Positions 1-11,147 of a stretch of 64,000 bases of DNA are shown here, piece after piece. Numbering within the stretch: the stretch's first letter is position 1; every line of letters begins with the position of its first letter. Under the pieces are notes generated by a model. The model was given only the letters and a program-made list of their open reading frames with translations. It was not told the DNA's origin and did no database searches. Location: positions 2,688,001 through 2,752,000 of the forward strand of contig CBDAON010000004.1 of the NCBI GenBank assembly GCA_965198065.1, given 5' to 3'. The translations under genes and the position numbers were made by a program. The DNA is from Longimicrobiales bacterium (GTDB lineage Bacteria > Gemmatimonadota > Gemmatimonadetes > Longimicrobiales > Gaopeijiaceae).

Positions 1-64
1 TGGCCGACCGCCGTTTGACGTCGCCGCGTGTCAAGACGGCCATCTTCCTCTCGCCGCTGGCGCA

Positions 65-975
65 AGCGGCCAAGGGAAACTTCTGAGCCCCGAGGGCCGA
101 CGACGTTGTGTGGTGCGTGTACGTCAGCAGCTCGGGGCGTCGGAGAGGAGAGCGTGCCGGGTGCTCGGGCAGCCACGCACGACCCAGCGCGGGGCGAGGA
201 GAGTGGCGAGTGACGAGGGGGCGCTCCGAGGTGATATCGTGCGACTCGCGAGTCGATTCGGCCGCTACGGCTAGCGACGCGTCACGGACACGCTCCGCAT
301 CGAGGGCTGGGGGGTGAAGCACAAGCGGGTGGAGCGGATCTGGAGGCAGGAGGGGCTGAAGGTCCCGGAGCGGCAGCCGAAGCGAGGTCGGCTGTGGCTC
401 AACGACGGATCGTGCATCCGGCTGAGGCCGCTGTATCGGGGCCACGTCTGGTCGTACGACTTCGTGGCCTCGAGGACGCACGACGGGCGTGCGCTGAAGC
501 TGCTGACAGTGCTGGACGAGCACACGAGGGAGTGCCTGGCGATCGTGGTGGCTCGCAAGATCCGCTCGCACGACGTGCTCGAGGTGCTGGACGATCTGTT
601 CGTCCGACACGGGCCCTCCCGAGTATCTGAGGTCGGACAACGGACCGGAGTTCACCGCGAAGCCCGTGCGGCGGTGGTTGGGGCGCGTGGGCGTCGAGAC
701 GCTCTTTATCGAGCCGGGCAGCCCGTGGGAGAACGGCTACAACGAGAGCTTCAACGGCAAGCTCAGGGACGAGCTGTTGAACGGGGAGATCTTCTGCTCG
801 TTGGCGGAGGCGGCCGTGCTGGTCGAGCAATGGAGGCGCGAGTACGATACCGTCCGACCCCACAGCGCCTGCGGCGGCTTTCCCCCGGCCCCTGAGGCGA
901 TTAAGCCGTCGCCCTGGTTCCTGAGGATGCCCGTCCTTCACCGCCCTCCACAGGTGCTGGGACTAACATAGGTTG
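65..975 (+). mobile_element. IS3-family element, partial copy 1 (orfB region; both ends missing; in-frame TAG at 272 and frameshift near 615)
   Basis: DDE motifs WSYDF, LDEHTRECL, SDNGPEF, WENGYNESFNGKLRDE; near-identical to 9276-10546; GGGAAAC slippery site near 74. Confidence 0.92.
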
Positions 976-1952
976 AGAGCGTCTCGACGCCCACGCGCCC
1001 CAACCACCGCCGCACGGGCTTCGCGGTGAACTCCGGTCCGTTGTCCGACCTCAGATACTCGGGAGGGCCTGTGTCGGACGAACAGATCGGCCAGCACCTC
1101 GAGCACGTCGTGCGAGCGGATCTTGCGAGCCACCACGATCGCCAGGCACTCCCTCGTGTGCTCGTCCAGCACTGTCAGCAGCTTCAGCGCACGCCCGTCG
1201 TGCGTCCTCGAGGCCACGAAGTCGTACGACCAGACGTGGCCCCGATACAGCGGCCTCAGCCGGATGCACGATCCGTCGTTGAGCCACAGCCGACCTCGCT
1301 TCGGCTGCCGCTCCGGGACCTTCAGCCCCTCCTGCCTCCAGATCCGCTCCACCCGCTTGTGCTTCACCCCCCAGCCCTCGATGCGGAGCGTGTCCGTGAC
1401 GCGTCGCTAGCCGTAGCGGCCGAATCGACTCGCGAGTCGCACGATATCACCTCGGAGCGCCCCCTCGTCACTCGCCACTCTCCTCGCCCCGCGCTGGGTC
1501 GTGCGTGGCTGCCCGAGCACCCGGCACGCTCTCCTCTCCGACGCCCCGAGCTGCTGACGTACACGCACCACACAACGTCGTCGGCCCTCGGGGCTCAGAA
1601 GTTTCCCTTGGCCGCTTCCTCCACGATCAGCTTGTCCAGTGTCAAGTCCGCCACTGCTCGCTTCAGGCGCCCGTTCTCGCGCTCGAGCTCCTTCAGGCGC
1701 CGTGCCTGGCTCACCTTCATCCCGCCGTACTCCCGCCTCCACCGGTAGTACGTCTGCTCGGTGATGCCGAGCTCCCCCCTGATCAGCTTCACGGATTTGC
1801 CGCCGGCCAGACCGACCTCTGCCTCCCGCACTTGCAGTGATGATCTGCTCCGGAGTGTGTCGCTTCCTTCCCATCCTGACCTCCTCGCTGAAAAGCTTCG
1901 GACCAGGTCGATCCTAACATTGCACCTGGTCTCGTTTCAGCGGGTCAGGTCA
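976..1952 (-). mobile_element. IS3-family element, partial copy 2 (left IR, orfA, truncated orfB)
   Basis: Left end TGACCTGACCCGCTGAAACGAGACC at 1952; orfA EVGLAGGKSV..ITEQTYYRWRREYGGM; abuts copy 1 in inverted orientation. Confidence 0.92.
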
Positions 1953-2748
1953 ATCTGCTCAGAACGCACGATGTACAGGATCCTCCAAGAGGATCACCCC
2001 GTGCGTGAGCGGCGCAGTCAGCTCACGCATCCCGCCTACAGAAGCCCGAGCTCGTGGCCACGGCACCGAACCAGACCTGGTCGTGGAACATCACCCGGCT
2101 TCTCGGACCCGAGAAGTGGTCGTACTTCTACCTCTACGTCCTCATCGACATCTTCAGCCGGTACGTGGTCGGATGGATGGTCGGCGACCGCGAGAACTCC
2201 GCGCTCGCCGGCCGGCTCATCCAGGAGAGCTGCCTCAAGCAGGATGTCCAGCCCGAGACGCTGACCCTGCACTCCGACCGCGGGGCCCCGATGACCAGCA
2301 AGTGCACGGCCCAGCTGCTCGCCGACCTCGGGATCACCCGCTCGCTCGGCCGTCCCCGGGTCAGCGACGACAACCCCTTCTCGGAGGCGCACTTCAAGAC
2401 CGTCAAGTACCACCCCAACTTCCCCGGACGCTTCGCCGACATCGGCGCGGCGATCGACTTCTGCCGATCCTTCTTCCCTTTGGTACAACCATGAGCATCG
2501 CCACGGCGGGATCGCGATGCTCACCCCGGCTGATGTCCATCACGACCGAGCCCGTGACGTGCTCGCCCAGCGTGAGCGCACTCTCCAGCAGGCGTGGTCA
2601 GAACACCCTGAACGCTTCGTGCAGGGGATCCCCACGCCCCAGCCTCTCCCGACGGAGGTCTGGATCAATCCACCAGCTGCGGCTCCGACACCGCAGCCTG
2701 CTCACTAAATTATGACTCCGGGTGTCTCATCGCTGTTGTCAGGTTCCG
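1953..2748 (+). mobile_element. Second IS3-like element, 5'-truncated and frameshifted transposase
   Basis: WSWNITRL..IDIFSRYVVGW..HSDRG..DDNPFSEAHFKTVKY rve core; right end GGTGTCTCATCGCTGTTGTCAGGTTCCG repeated at 6264-6291. Confidence 0.85.
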
Positions 2749-2806
2749 ATATCCCTCTTTCTGAACGGACATACGATTCCCCAGAGCGCAGAATCATCCT
2801 CGACAG

Positions 2807-5536
2807 TTACCAGGCATAGTTGAGGCGCACGTAGTAGGCGGTGCCGTTGAAGCCGAACGGCGAGAACTGGCCGTAGTAGTTACCCGTGCCCGAAGCGGCC
2901 AACGGGTTGATCTCCGGATAGGTATTCAGAACGTTCTGGCCGCCAACCGCGATGGATAAACCATCTCTGATCGGCACGCCAACCTCGAGATCGAGGAGCG
3001 CCTTGGCTGAGTACTCCTCATACCTGGGGGACAGGTCGGCGTTTCCCAATGTTGCCCCCGCCCAGGCCCTGGCGTCCTCCCGGTCCCAGTATTCGCCATA
3101 GAAATTCAGGCGAGCGAGTAGACTCCACCGGGGAGCTCTGTGGTCGGCAGCAATGTTCCAGCGCATCACGGGCAGCCCGCGCGTAAGCGAACTAATGCGG
3201 TCATCATCAATCGTTTCCGAGGTGAAGTCTGTAACTTTGGTCGTGGTGTAGTTGAATACGGCACTGAAGATGGTAGTGCCACTAAAGCTCTGTGGGATGA
3301 AAGTGTAGGTCGAGACGATATCGATCCCTGTTGTCCTGGTTGCGAACTCATTCACGAAGAAGCGGAACTTCTGCAGGTTGGCCGCCTCGGCAAACCCACC
3401 AGCGACCAAGGAAGCGGTCTCATCCGCCATGAGCGAAAAGTTTTTCGTGATGGTGAGGCGATCGGAGACGTTGACCCGGAAGTAATCAGCGGTGAAGGTG
3501 AAGGTACCGACGTCGATGACCGACCCGAGCGTATAGTTGATCGACGTTTCGGGCTGCAGCGGCTGTCCGCCCCGCAGCGTAGCGGCCGGTGAGGTCGACG
3601 GAATCGTGCCGTTGTTGACCAGATCTTGGAGGACGAAGTCGTACTCCGTCGTCACGTTGAAGGCGTTCTGCTGGCCGGGTGTCGGTGCGCGGAACCCGCT
3701 GCTGATGGCCGAGCGGAGGGCAATGGCCTCGGTCAACGCGAAGCGTCCGGATAGCTTGCTGTTCATCGTCGTGCCGAAGTCGTCGAAATTCTCGATCCGG
3801 ACGGCGGCACCCAGGATCCACTCGTCGTTTTCGGCACCCACCTCGATGTCCCCGTAGGCAGCGACGTTGCTGCGGTTCCAGGTGCCGGAGTTCTCGGGAC
3901 GGGTTCCGTTGTAGCCGTTTGACCCGGAGCTGAACCCCTGCGATGCGTAGGGGCCGATTTCCCACGAGGCAGGATCACCAGCGCCGAGATGGTATTGCTC
4001 GCGGCGCCACTCAGTGCCGCCCGCAATGTTGACCATGTCGCTCGCGACATAGGAAAGGTCCATGTTCGCGCCAATATCGGTCTGCTGCAGGAGGTTGGGC
4101 TTGAAGCTGATCGGGCTATCCGGCCCCATTGACGCATTGACGGTGTCGAAGATGAATGTGTCGACGGTGTTGCGGCCCCAGCTTCCGCTCAGGTCCCAGG
4201 AGAGCCCGCTGCCTAGGAGCCCGCGAATCCCGCTAACGAACGATCCATCGTTCACGTCGCCGCCGAACTGCGGCGTGAACCCTCCCGGGAGCCCGTTCGA
4301 CGAACCCTGGAAGGGCTGGTGGAATGTGAAGCAGTTCGGATTGCTGGTGACCGCGTCGAAGGCCACATGGTCGAAGGTGGAGGAATCGTCGGAAACCGGA
4401 ATGTTGGGGCAGTTCCCGGAGCCCTTGACTCCGGTATCGGCCCACACGCGGTCACCGACCCGCAGGAACCGTTGATCGATTCCGGCGTCGAATTTGCCTG
4501 GATTGCCGCCGCGTTCTTCGTAAAACGAGAAGACCCCCCCGCGGTTGATCGGGTTCCGGTAGTAGAAGCCTCCGGTCACCTTCTTGCTAGCATAGTTGCC
4601 GTGGGCGTACCACCGCAGATCGTTGTCGAACGAGTAGCCGAAGTTGCCGAAGACCTTGAGGTCGTTTTCGACCTTTGGCGAACCCCAGACCTGCACGGGG
4701 TCCCGGACACTCGTGTTGCCGGCGGCCCGGAGCCCTGCAGCATCGTCGCGCTGAATGGCCCGGTTGGTCGGTGCCGTGCTTCCGTACTCGAGACTGAGGT
4801 TCGCGAATCCGGCTTGTCCAAGTGGCAGCCCAATGTTGCCAGCGAACGTGTACGTTTCGCCGTTTCCTCCGATGCCGTTGCAGGACGTACCGGGTATACC
4901 GCATGTGCTGGTATCTCCGCTGTTTGCGTCGAGGTATCGACCGGTGCGGAATTCTACGCTGCCGCCGGTGCGATCTTCCTTGAGCTGGAAATTCATGACG
5001 CCAGCGATTGCGTCCGAGCCGTACTGCGCCGCTGCACCGTCACGAAGCACCTCGGTTTGCCGCAGTGCGATCGCTGGGATGATCGAAATGTCTGGACCCT
5101 GCGAGCCGTCCGCAATGCCGTTGCCGAGCCAGGCGATGACCGCGGCGCGGTGACGGCGCTTGCCGTTCACCAGGATGAGCGCGTGGTCGGGTGCCAGATT
5201 GCGCAAGTTCACCGGTCTGACGATCGAGGCCGCATCGCTGATCGGCTGCGTGTTGACATTGAAGGAGGGGACCAGGGCTCTCAACTGGTCCGTCAGGTCG
5301 CTGGGACCCTGCCTTACAAAATCTTGGAAGGGGATGGCGTCAACCGGTACGATCGATTGGGTTACCGATCTCGGCTGCGCACGGCTCCCGACCACGATGA
5401 TCCCCTGGATTTCAATGACTTCTTCTTCAGCGGCCTGATCGACCTCCTGAGATTGGGCAGATGGGCTGAATAGCACCGAAACCGAGACTACCAACAGTGC
5501 CATTAGTAGCAGACTGGAAAAAGGCTTGTGCGTCAC
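2807..5536 (-). CDS. TonB-dependent receptor
   Basis: Signal peptide, plug motifs LILVNGKRRH and EVLRDGAAAQYGSDAIAGVMNF, C-terminal YVRLNYAW beta-strand; 909 aa. Confidence 0.95.
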   Translation of the reverse strand: MTHKPFSSLLLMALLVVSVSVLFSPSAQSQEVDQAAEEEVIEIQGIIVVGSRAQPRSVTQSIVPVDAIPFQDFVRQGPSDLTDQLRALVPSFNVNTQPISDAASIVRPVNLRNLAPDHALILVNGKRRHRAAVIAWLGNGIADGSQGPDISIIPAIALRQTEVLRDGAAAQYGSDAIAGVMNFQLKEDRTGGSVEFRTGRYLDANSGDTSTCGIPGTSCNGIGGNGETYTFAGNIGLPLGQAGFANLSLEYGSTAPTNRAIQRDDAAGLRAAGNTSVRDPVQVWGSPKVENDLKVFGNFGYSFDNDLRWYAHGNYASKKVTGGFYYRNPINRGGVFSFYEERGGNPGKFDAGIDQRFLRVGDRVWADTGVKGSGNCPNIPVSDDSSTFDHVAFDAVTSNPNCFTFHQPFQGSSNGLPGGFTPQFGGDVNDGSFVSGIRGLLGSGLSWDLSGSWGRNTVDTFIFDTVNASMGPDSPISFKPNLLQQTDIGANMDLSYVASDMVNIAGGTEWRREQYHLGAGDPASWEIGPYASQGFSSGSNGYNGTRPENSGTWNRSNVAAYGDIEVGAENDEWILGAAVRIENFDDFGTTMNSKLSGRFALTEAIALRSAISSGFRAPTPGQQNAFNVTTEYDFVLQDLVNNGTIPSTSPAATLRGGQPLQPETSINYTLGSVIDVGTFTFTADYFRVNVSDRLTITKNFSLMADETASLVAGGFAEAANLQKFRFFVNEFATRTTGIDIVSTYTFIPQSFSGTTIFSAVFNYTTTKVTDFTSETIDDDRISSLTRGLPVMRWNIAADHRAPRWSLLARLNFYGEYWDREDARAWAGATLGNADLSPRYEEYSAKALLDLEVGVPIRDGLSIAVGGQNVLNTYPEINPLAASGTGNYYGQFSPFGFNGTAYYVRLNYAW

Positions 5537-5681
5537 AGTGGTGACTCCAGCTGGGGGTGTTCCTAAAGCAGACGCCTACGTGGGTGCTCAAGGTTCTGGG
5601 GAGTAGGGGCCGTTCTCCTGCGGTAAGACTCTCCCGCATGCTTGCGACACACATTATTTTACATGACGAAGTGCTGTCAAC

Positions 5682-5743
5682 CAATAGGCGCCTCAACCAA
5701 TAGGCGCCTCAACCCTCTCTCAATAGGCGCCTCAACCCTCTCT
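5682..5743. repeat. Three tandem copies of CAATAGGCGCCTCAAC(C), two followed by CTCTCT
   Basis: Read directly at 5682, 5698 and 5721. Confidence 0.9.
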
Positions 5744-6291
5744 GCCAATATCAGTGAGACACCTGCGACCTTTGGAATTACTGAAGGGGGCGGAGGTGGA
5801 TGGCGATGGTAGAGGGGATAGATACGATGATTGGTATGGGTGTGGGTGCTGGGGCCCTAGGGGGCGAGGAGCGTAGCGACGAGGCCGCCAAGGCCCGAGT
5901 CACCGAGAGGAATCGGGATCGGGATCCGGAGGTTGTGGCCAAGCCGACCCGCCGGCAGTTCACCGCGGAGTACAAGCTCAGGATCCTGGAAGAGACCGAC
6001 CGGTGCTCGGAGCCACTTCAAGACCGTCAAGTACCACCCCAACTTCCCCGGACGCTTCGCCGACATCGGCGCGGCGATCGACTTCTGCCGATCCTTCTTC
6101 CCTTGGTACAACCATGAGCATCGCCACGGCGGAATCGCGATGCTCACCCCGGCTGATGTCCATCACGACCGAGCCCGTGACGTGCTCGCCCAGCGTGAGC
6201 GCACTCTCCAGCAGGCGTGCTGCGGCTCCGACACCGCAGCCTGCTCACTAAATTATGACTCCGGGTGTCTCATCGCTGTTGTCAGGTTCCG
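5743..6291 (+). mobile_element. Internally deleted non-autonomous derivative of the 1953-2748 IS
   Basis: Left IR TGCCAATATCAGTGAGACACC vs right-end reverse complement TGACAACAGCGATGAGACACC; orfA start RRQFTAEYKLRILEE joined to the orfB 3' end. Confidence 0.88.
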
Positions 6292-6550
6292 TTTGCCTGC
6301 AAGCCGTTTGCCTGCGCCTACACACTCCGCCATATGTTGGTAGCGGGACTTATGGTTGTGGGGCGGCTTGCCCCGCTCCTGGGCTCTCGGGCGCGTAGAG
6401 GGAGCGGGGACCCCCCCCTTTGGGGATGCCTCGATCGGCATCGCGGAGGGTGGCATGTGCACGCCCATGCCACCCTCCGCCGGGGGGTCACTCCCGTGTC
6501 CATCAGTCCCTCGTGGGAAGGCGATCGGAGAAGCGGCTGGCGCTGGGCGT

Positions 6551-6838
6551 CTACGTCTTATTCGCTGGCTCGACGACGATTCGCCCGCGCCCGCGTTTGA
6601 CCACATAGCCGCCGGAACGAATCGCAAGCTTGCCTTGCTCAACAAGGGACCAAAGACTTTCGGCGATCAACTCGGCGTTCCGGTCGCTCGCCCTTGCGGT
6701 TGCTTGCCGGGAGAGCCACTCGGCGAACGCTCGCTCGCCGATATCTTCGCCGACGGACTTGCGAAGTGCGTTCAGCTTGCGGAGGTGGCCCTTCGTTAGA
6801 GCACTCTCTTCAATGTTCCTCGAGGATGTCTGCGGCAT
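6551..6838 (-). CDS. Small hypothetical protein
   Basis: 95-aa ORF with purine-rich RBS-like sequence and protein-like composition. Confidence 0.65.
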   Translation of the reverse strand: MPQTSSRNIEESALTKGHLRKLNALRKSVGEDIGERAFAEWLSRQATARASDRNAELIAESLWSLVEQGKLAIRSGGYVVKRGRGRIVVEPANKT

Positions 6839-6882
6839 AGCTCTCCCTTCCGTGATACTTATGTGCTGAGACCGTGGTCTGA

Positions 6883-7437
6883 TTATAGCAGATTAGGGCC
6901 TTCGTCAACCTCCTCCCGCCGATGGGGTCTCCACGGCGGCTCTCCTTGAGGGGAGCTATGATCTTCGATCCCTGTAAGCAGGTCCGCTTGGATGCGGCGA
7001 ATCTTCCTGACCACCTGGCAGACCTGACGAGCGGCCTCGGGGGTCTCGGCATAGTAGTTCGCGTGGGCGAGGTGATCGCGCAGATCACGGATCTCATTGA
7101 AGTCGCGCTTTAGTTGTTTCCCACTTCCGGAGACCAGCTCCTCCTTGCGTAGGATCGTGGCCTTGTCCGAGAGCTGAGTGAACATGATTGCGCTGATGAA
7201 CCCGTCTTCCTGCTTGGCCGTGCCGATCTTCTTCAGGACTTCGTCCCGCCTCTGGTCGCTCAACAGTTCGAGCCACCCCGTGGGGTCGTCAGGCCATTCT
7301 GTCTCGATCCGTTCGGCCATTGCGATCTCGAGGCTGGTCATCAGGGTGAAGATCGCTGCGCGCACCGGCAGTCGCTACAGATCGGACAGGGTGACCAGGC
7401 CAGCGACCTCATTACCTGAGACGACGAGCCGCGCCGG
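6883..7437 (-). pseudogene. CBS/HEPN-like protein fragment (IS-truncated, in-frame TAG at 7375-7377)
   Basis: VAGLVTLSDL*RLPVRAAIF continues in frame; C-terminal RDHLAH (R-x4-H) motif. Confidence 0.55.
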
Positions 7438-8722
7438 TGACCTGCCCCCAAAAGCGGTACCACCTAGAGTGTTAGTCCAAGCACCTCCTTTTGGCTGGGG
7501 GGTGGTCCAAGAAGCAGAGGTAGGTTGAGCAGCTTTGGGTCTGGCCGGATCGCTTCGGGGGCCGGGGGTCGATAACCCAGAGAGCTGTGCGGTCGATGCG
7601 TGTTGTATTCGCGCCGCCACTGCTCGATCAGCACCTTCGCCTCCTCCAGCGAATGGAAGATTTCGCGCTTCAGCAGCTCGTTTCGGAGCGTGCCGTTAAA
7701 GCTCTCATTGTAGCCGTTCTCCCACGGGCTGCCCGGCTCGATGAACAGCGTCTTCACGCCTAGCTCACCGAGCCACTGCCGAACCACTTGGGCCGTGAAC
7801 TCCGGACCGTTGTCGGAGCGAAGATTCGCCGGTGGACCGTGCTCGGCAAACAGCTCGCTCAGCGTCTGCAGAACATCGTCCGCCTGAAGCCTGCGAGTCA
7901 CCACGATCGCCAGGCACTCCCGGCTGTACTCATCCAGCACCGTCAGCATCTTGAGCGGCCGTCCATCATGCGTCCGGTCCGCCACGAAGTCATACGCCCA
8001 TACATGGTGTCGGTACAGGGGCCGCAGTCGGATACAAGAACCGTCGGTCAGCCACAGCCTTCCCTCGTTTCGGCTGCTTACTTGGCACCTTGAGCCCCTC
8101 CTGTCTCCAGATCCGCTCCACCCGCTTGTGGTTCACGGCCCAGCCCTCCGTCCTCAGCATCCCCGTCACCATCCGGTACCCGTAGCGTCCAAACCGTCGG
8201 GCCACCTTCACCACGTCCTGTCTCAGCGCCTCCTCGTCCTCCCTCCGCTTCGGGATCCGACGCTGCGTCGAGCGCGCCTGGCCCAACACCCGGCACGCCT
8301 TCCTTTCGCTCACCCCAAGCCGCTGGCGTACTTGCACCACGCACCGCCTGCGCCACTCGGGGCTCAGTAGTTTCCCTTGGAGGCTTCCTTCAAAATCAGG
8401 TTGTCGACCGTCAGATCCGCCACCGCCTGCTTCAGGCGTTGGTTTTGCTTCTCGAGCTCCTTGAGACGCTTCGCCTGGCTCAGCTTCATTCCCCCGTACT
8501 CCCGCCGCCATCGGTAGTACGTTTGCTCGCTCACCCCCAGGTCTCGCCACACCTCTTTGGTCGTATTGCCGTTCGCCAGGGCCACCTCTGCCTTGCGTAA
8601 CCGGTTGATGATCTGTGCCGGACTCAGCCTCTTTGGTGCGGCCATTGTGCCCTCCCCTTTCGTGTCTTGACCCCGTCCAGATTCTAAAACTGGACTCGGT
8701 CTCGTTTTAGGGGGTCAGATCA
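7438..8722 (-). mobile_element. IS3-family element (orfA 8364-8645, orfB frameshifted)
   Basis: IRs TGATCTGACCCC / TGACCTGCCCCC; DDE motifs; related to but diverged from 9276-10546; no target duplication seen. Confidence 0.92.
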
Positions 8723-8801
8723 GAAAGTTCGAAGACGGAAAGCCCGTCTCAACCCAACAGCGGAAAAACGCCGTCTGAAACATTTACACACCTTTATTGA
8801 C
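8723..8801 (+). mobile_element. IS256-like transposase 3' end remnant
   Basis: KFEDGKPVSTQQRKNAV* followed by TACACACCTTTATTGAC, resembling IS256-family C-termini and right IR. Confidence 0.45.
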
Positions 8802-9275
8802 CCAACCTCCGCTCGACCAACGCGAGGTGCCTGAACCCAGCGAGGTGTGTCCCGATTGCAAGCCCGCCGGCGCCTGTGAACAACTCCAACGAACGCGGGA
8901 GGAAGGGGGTTGGCTGGGTGCTAGTGGTCCAAGCGGCGGTTATCGGCCGACGCTCGAGAATTGACAGAGGTCCTTCGGTGGCTCGGCGCGGCCTGCGGTT
9001 CCAGAGTCTCGCCAGCGAGGTAGGTGGCCCAGTAGATCATGAGCCGGCGGTTGGCGCAGGTCGGCTGCTGCGCGTCCCGGTTCCGTTTCCACTTCCGAGG
9101 CCCGCGCGGTCACCGCCCCCTGTGTCTTCCCCGGTCCTGGCATCCAGATACGCGGCTGGGGGTAACGGTGGCCGGGTCGATCTCTCCCCGGATCTCACCT
9201 GGCAAGAGTCTTTTCCGGCTTCTTTCCCGAATTCTCAAAGCTTCTCTAACAGGTCAGACTTTATTTTATGGAATT

Positions 9276-10546
9276 TGACCTGCCCCGAAGAGCGGTACCA
9301 CAACCTATGTTAGTCCCAGCACCTGTGGAGGGCGGTGAAGGACGGGCATCCTCAGGAACCAGGGCGACGGCTTAATCGCCTCAGGGGCCGGGGGAAAGCC
9401 GCCGCAGGCGCTGTGGGGTCGGACGGTATCGTACTCGCGCCTCCATTGCTCGACCAGCACGGCCGCCTCCGCCAACGAGCAGAAGATCTCCCCGTTCAAC
9501 AGCTCGTCCCTGAGCTTGCCGTTGAAGCTCTCGTTGTAGCCGTTCTCCCACGGGCTGCCCGGCTCGATAAAGAGCGTCTCGACGCCCACGCGCCCCAACC
9601 ACCACCGCACGGGCTTCGCGGTGAACTCCGGTCCGTTGTCCGACCTCAGATACTCGGGAGGGCCCGTGTCGGACGAACAGATCGTCCAGCACCTCGAGCA
9701 CGTCGTGCGAGCGGATCTTGCGAGCCACCACGATCGCCAGGCACTCCCTCGTGTGCTCGTCCAGCACTGTCAGCAGCTTCAGCGCACGCCCGTCGTGCGT
9801 CCTCGAGGCCACGAAGTCGTACGACCAGACGTGGCCCCGATACAGCGGCCTCAGCCGGATGCACGATCCGTCGTTGAGCCACAGCCGACCTCGCTTCGGC
9901 TGCCGCTCCGGGACCTTCAGCCCCTCCTGCCTCCAGATCCGCTCCACCCGCTTGTGCTTCACCCCCCAGCCCTCGATGCGGAGCGTGTCCGTGACGCGTC
10001 GCTAGCCGTAGCGGCCGAATCGACTCGCGAGTCGCACGATATCACCTCGGAGCGCCCCCTCGTCACTCGCCACTTTCCTCGCCCGGCGCTGGGTCGTGCG
10101 TGGCTGCCCGAGCACCCGGCACGCTCTCCTCTCCGACGCCCCGAGCTGCTGACGTACACGCACCACACAACGTCGTCGGCCCTCGGGGCTCAGAAGTTTC
10201 CCTTGGCCGCTTCCTCCACGATCAGCTTGTCCAGTGTCAAGTCCGCCACTGCTCGCTTCAGGCGCCCGTTCTCGCGCTCGAGCTCCTTCAGGCGCCGTGC
10301 CTGGCTCACCTTCATCCCGCCGTACTCCCGCCTCCACCGGTAGTACGTCTGCTCGGTGATGCCGAGCTCCCCCCTGATCAGCTTCACGGATTTGCCGCCG
10401 GCCAGACCGACCTCTGCCTCCCGCACTGCAGTGATGATCTGCTCCGGAGTGTGTCGCTTCCTTCCCATCCTGACCTCCTCGCTGAAAAGCTTCGGACCAG
10501 GTCGATCCTAACATTGCACCTGGTCTCGTTTCAGCGGGTCAGGTCA
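9276..10546 (-). mobile_element. IS3-family element, full-length copy 3 (orfA 10190-10468; orfB with TAG and frameshift)
   Basis: TG...CA ends with IRs TGACCTGACCC/TGACCTGCCCC; orfA/orfB overlap at GGGAAAC. Confidence 0.95.
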
Positions 10547-10601
10547 TTTTGCTGGAACATCAACGCCCGACAGACCGCTCGAGCCGCCGTCGGCTCGGCC
10601 G

Positions 10602-11147
10602 TCACGTCTCGTGGGCGCCGTCGACCGGGTGGTCTTCCTCGTGAGATCCGAGCACTAGAGCGCGGTTCAGGGAATAACTCCCGGGAACCCATAAACCCTC
10701 GCTATCTGGGCCGGCGATCCTCTTCCCGAAGTTCTGCGCGCGCTGAATGGAGGCTTCCTCCCTGTCGATGTATGCCCTTTCCCCGGCCTCTCGGTCCCGG
10801 CGTTCATCCTCCGTCTCACCTTCGACGCGGAAGAACATTGGGCCGGACAGTCGATCCGCCGCGGACAGGCGTTCTCCCACCCATTGCAGGAGAAGGGCAC
10901 GTGGGTCTGTGTCGGCCGACTCTCCCTGCAGCTCATGCGCCATGACAGACTCTCCCCAGGCTCTGGCGTTCTCCGGGTTTCGGTCGTGAGCAGCCAGAAC
11001 CGCGTCCTTGAGGGAACCGTGCTCGTATCGGACCGGCCACCCCGACCTCCCGGACATGAGGCCGACGAGGAACCCCACCATCAGGGAGTAGCGGACGGCG
11101 TCACTCTCTTCCCGTGCCGTGCGCGCCTCGCTCAAGACGGCAAGCAT
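10602..11147 (-). CDS. Hypothetical protein (possibly a fragment)
   Basis: 181-aa ORF with plausible composition; no family recognised. Confidence 0.4.
   Translation of the reverse strand: MLAVLSEARTAREESDAVRYSLMVGFLVGLMSGRSGWPVRYEHGSLKDAVLAAHDRNPENARAWGESVMAHELQGESADTDPRALLLQWVGERLSAADRLSGPMFFRVEGETEDERRDREAGERAYIDREEASIQRAQNFGKRIAGPDSEGLWVPGSYSLNRALVLGSHEEDHPVDGAHET

Noticed and set aside
5682..5743. Possible mini CRISPR array
   Set aside because: Repeats are 16-23 bp and essentially adjacent, with no unique spacers and no cas genes.
8800..9275. Possible reverse transcriptase or intron fragment
   Set aside because: Only a vague resemblance; no YxDD or other RT motif found.
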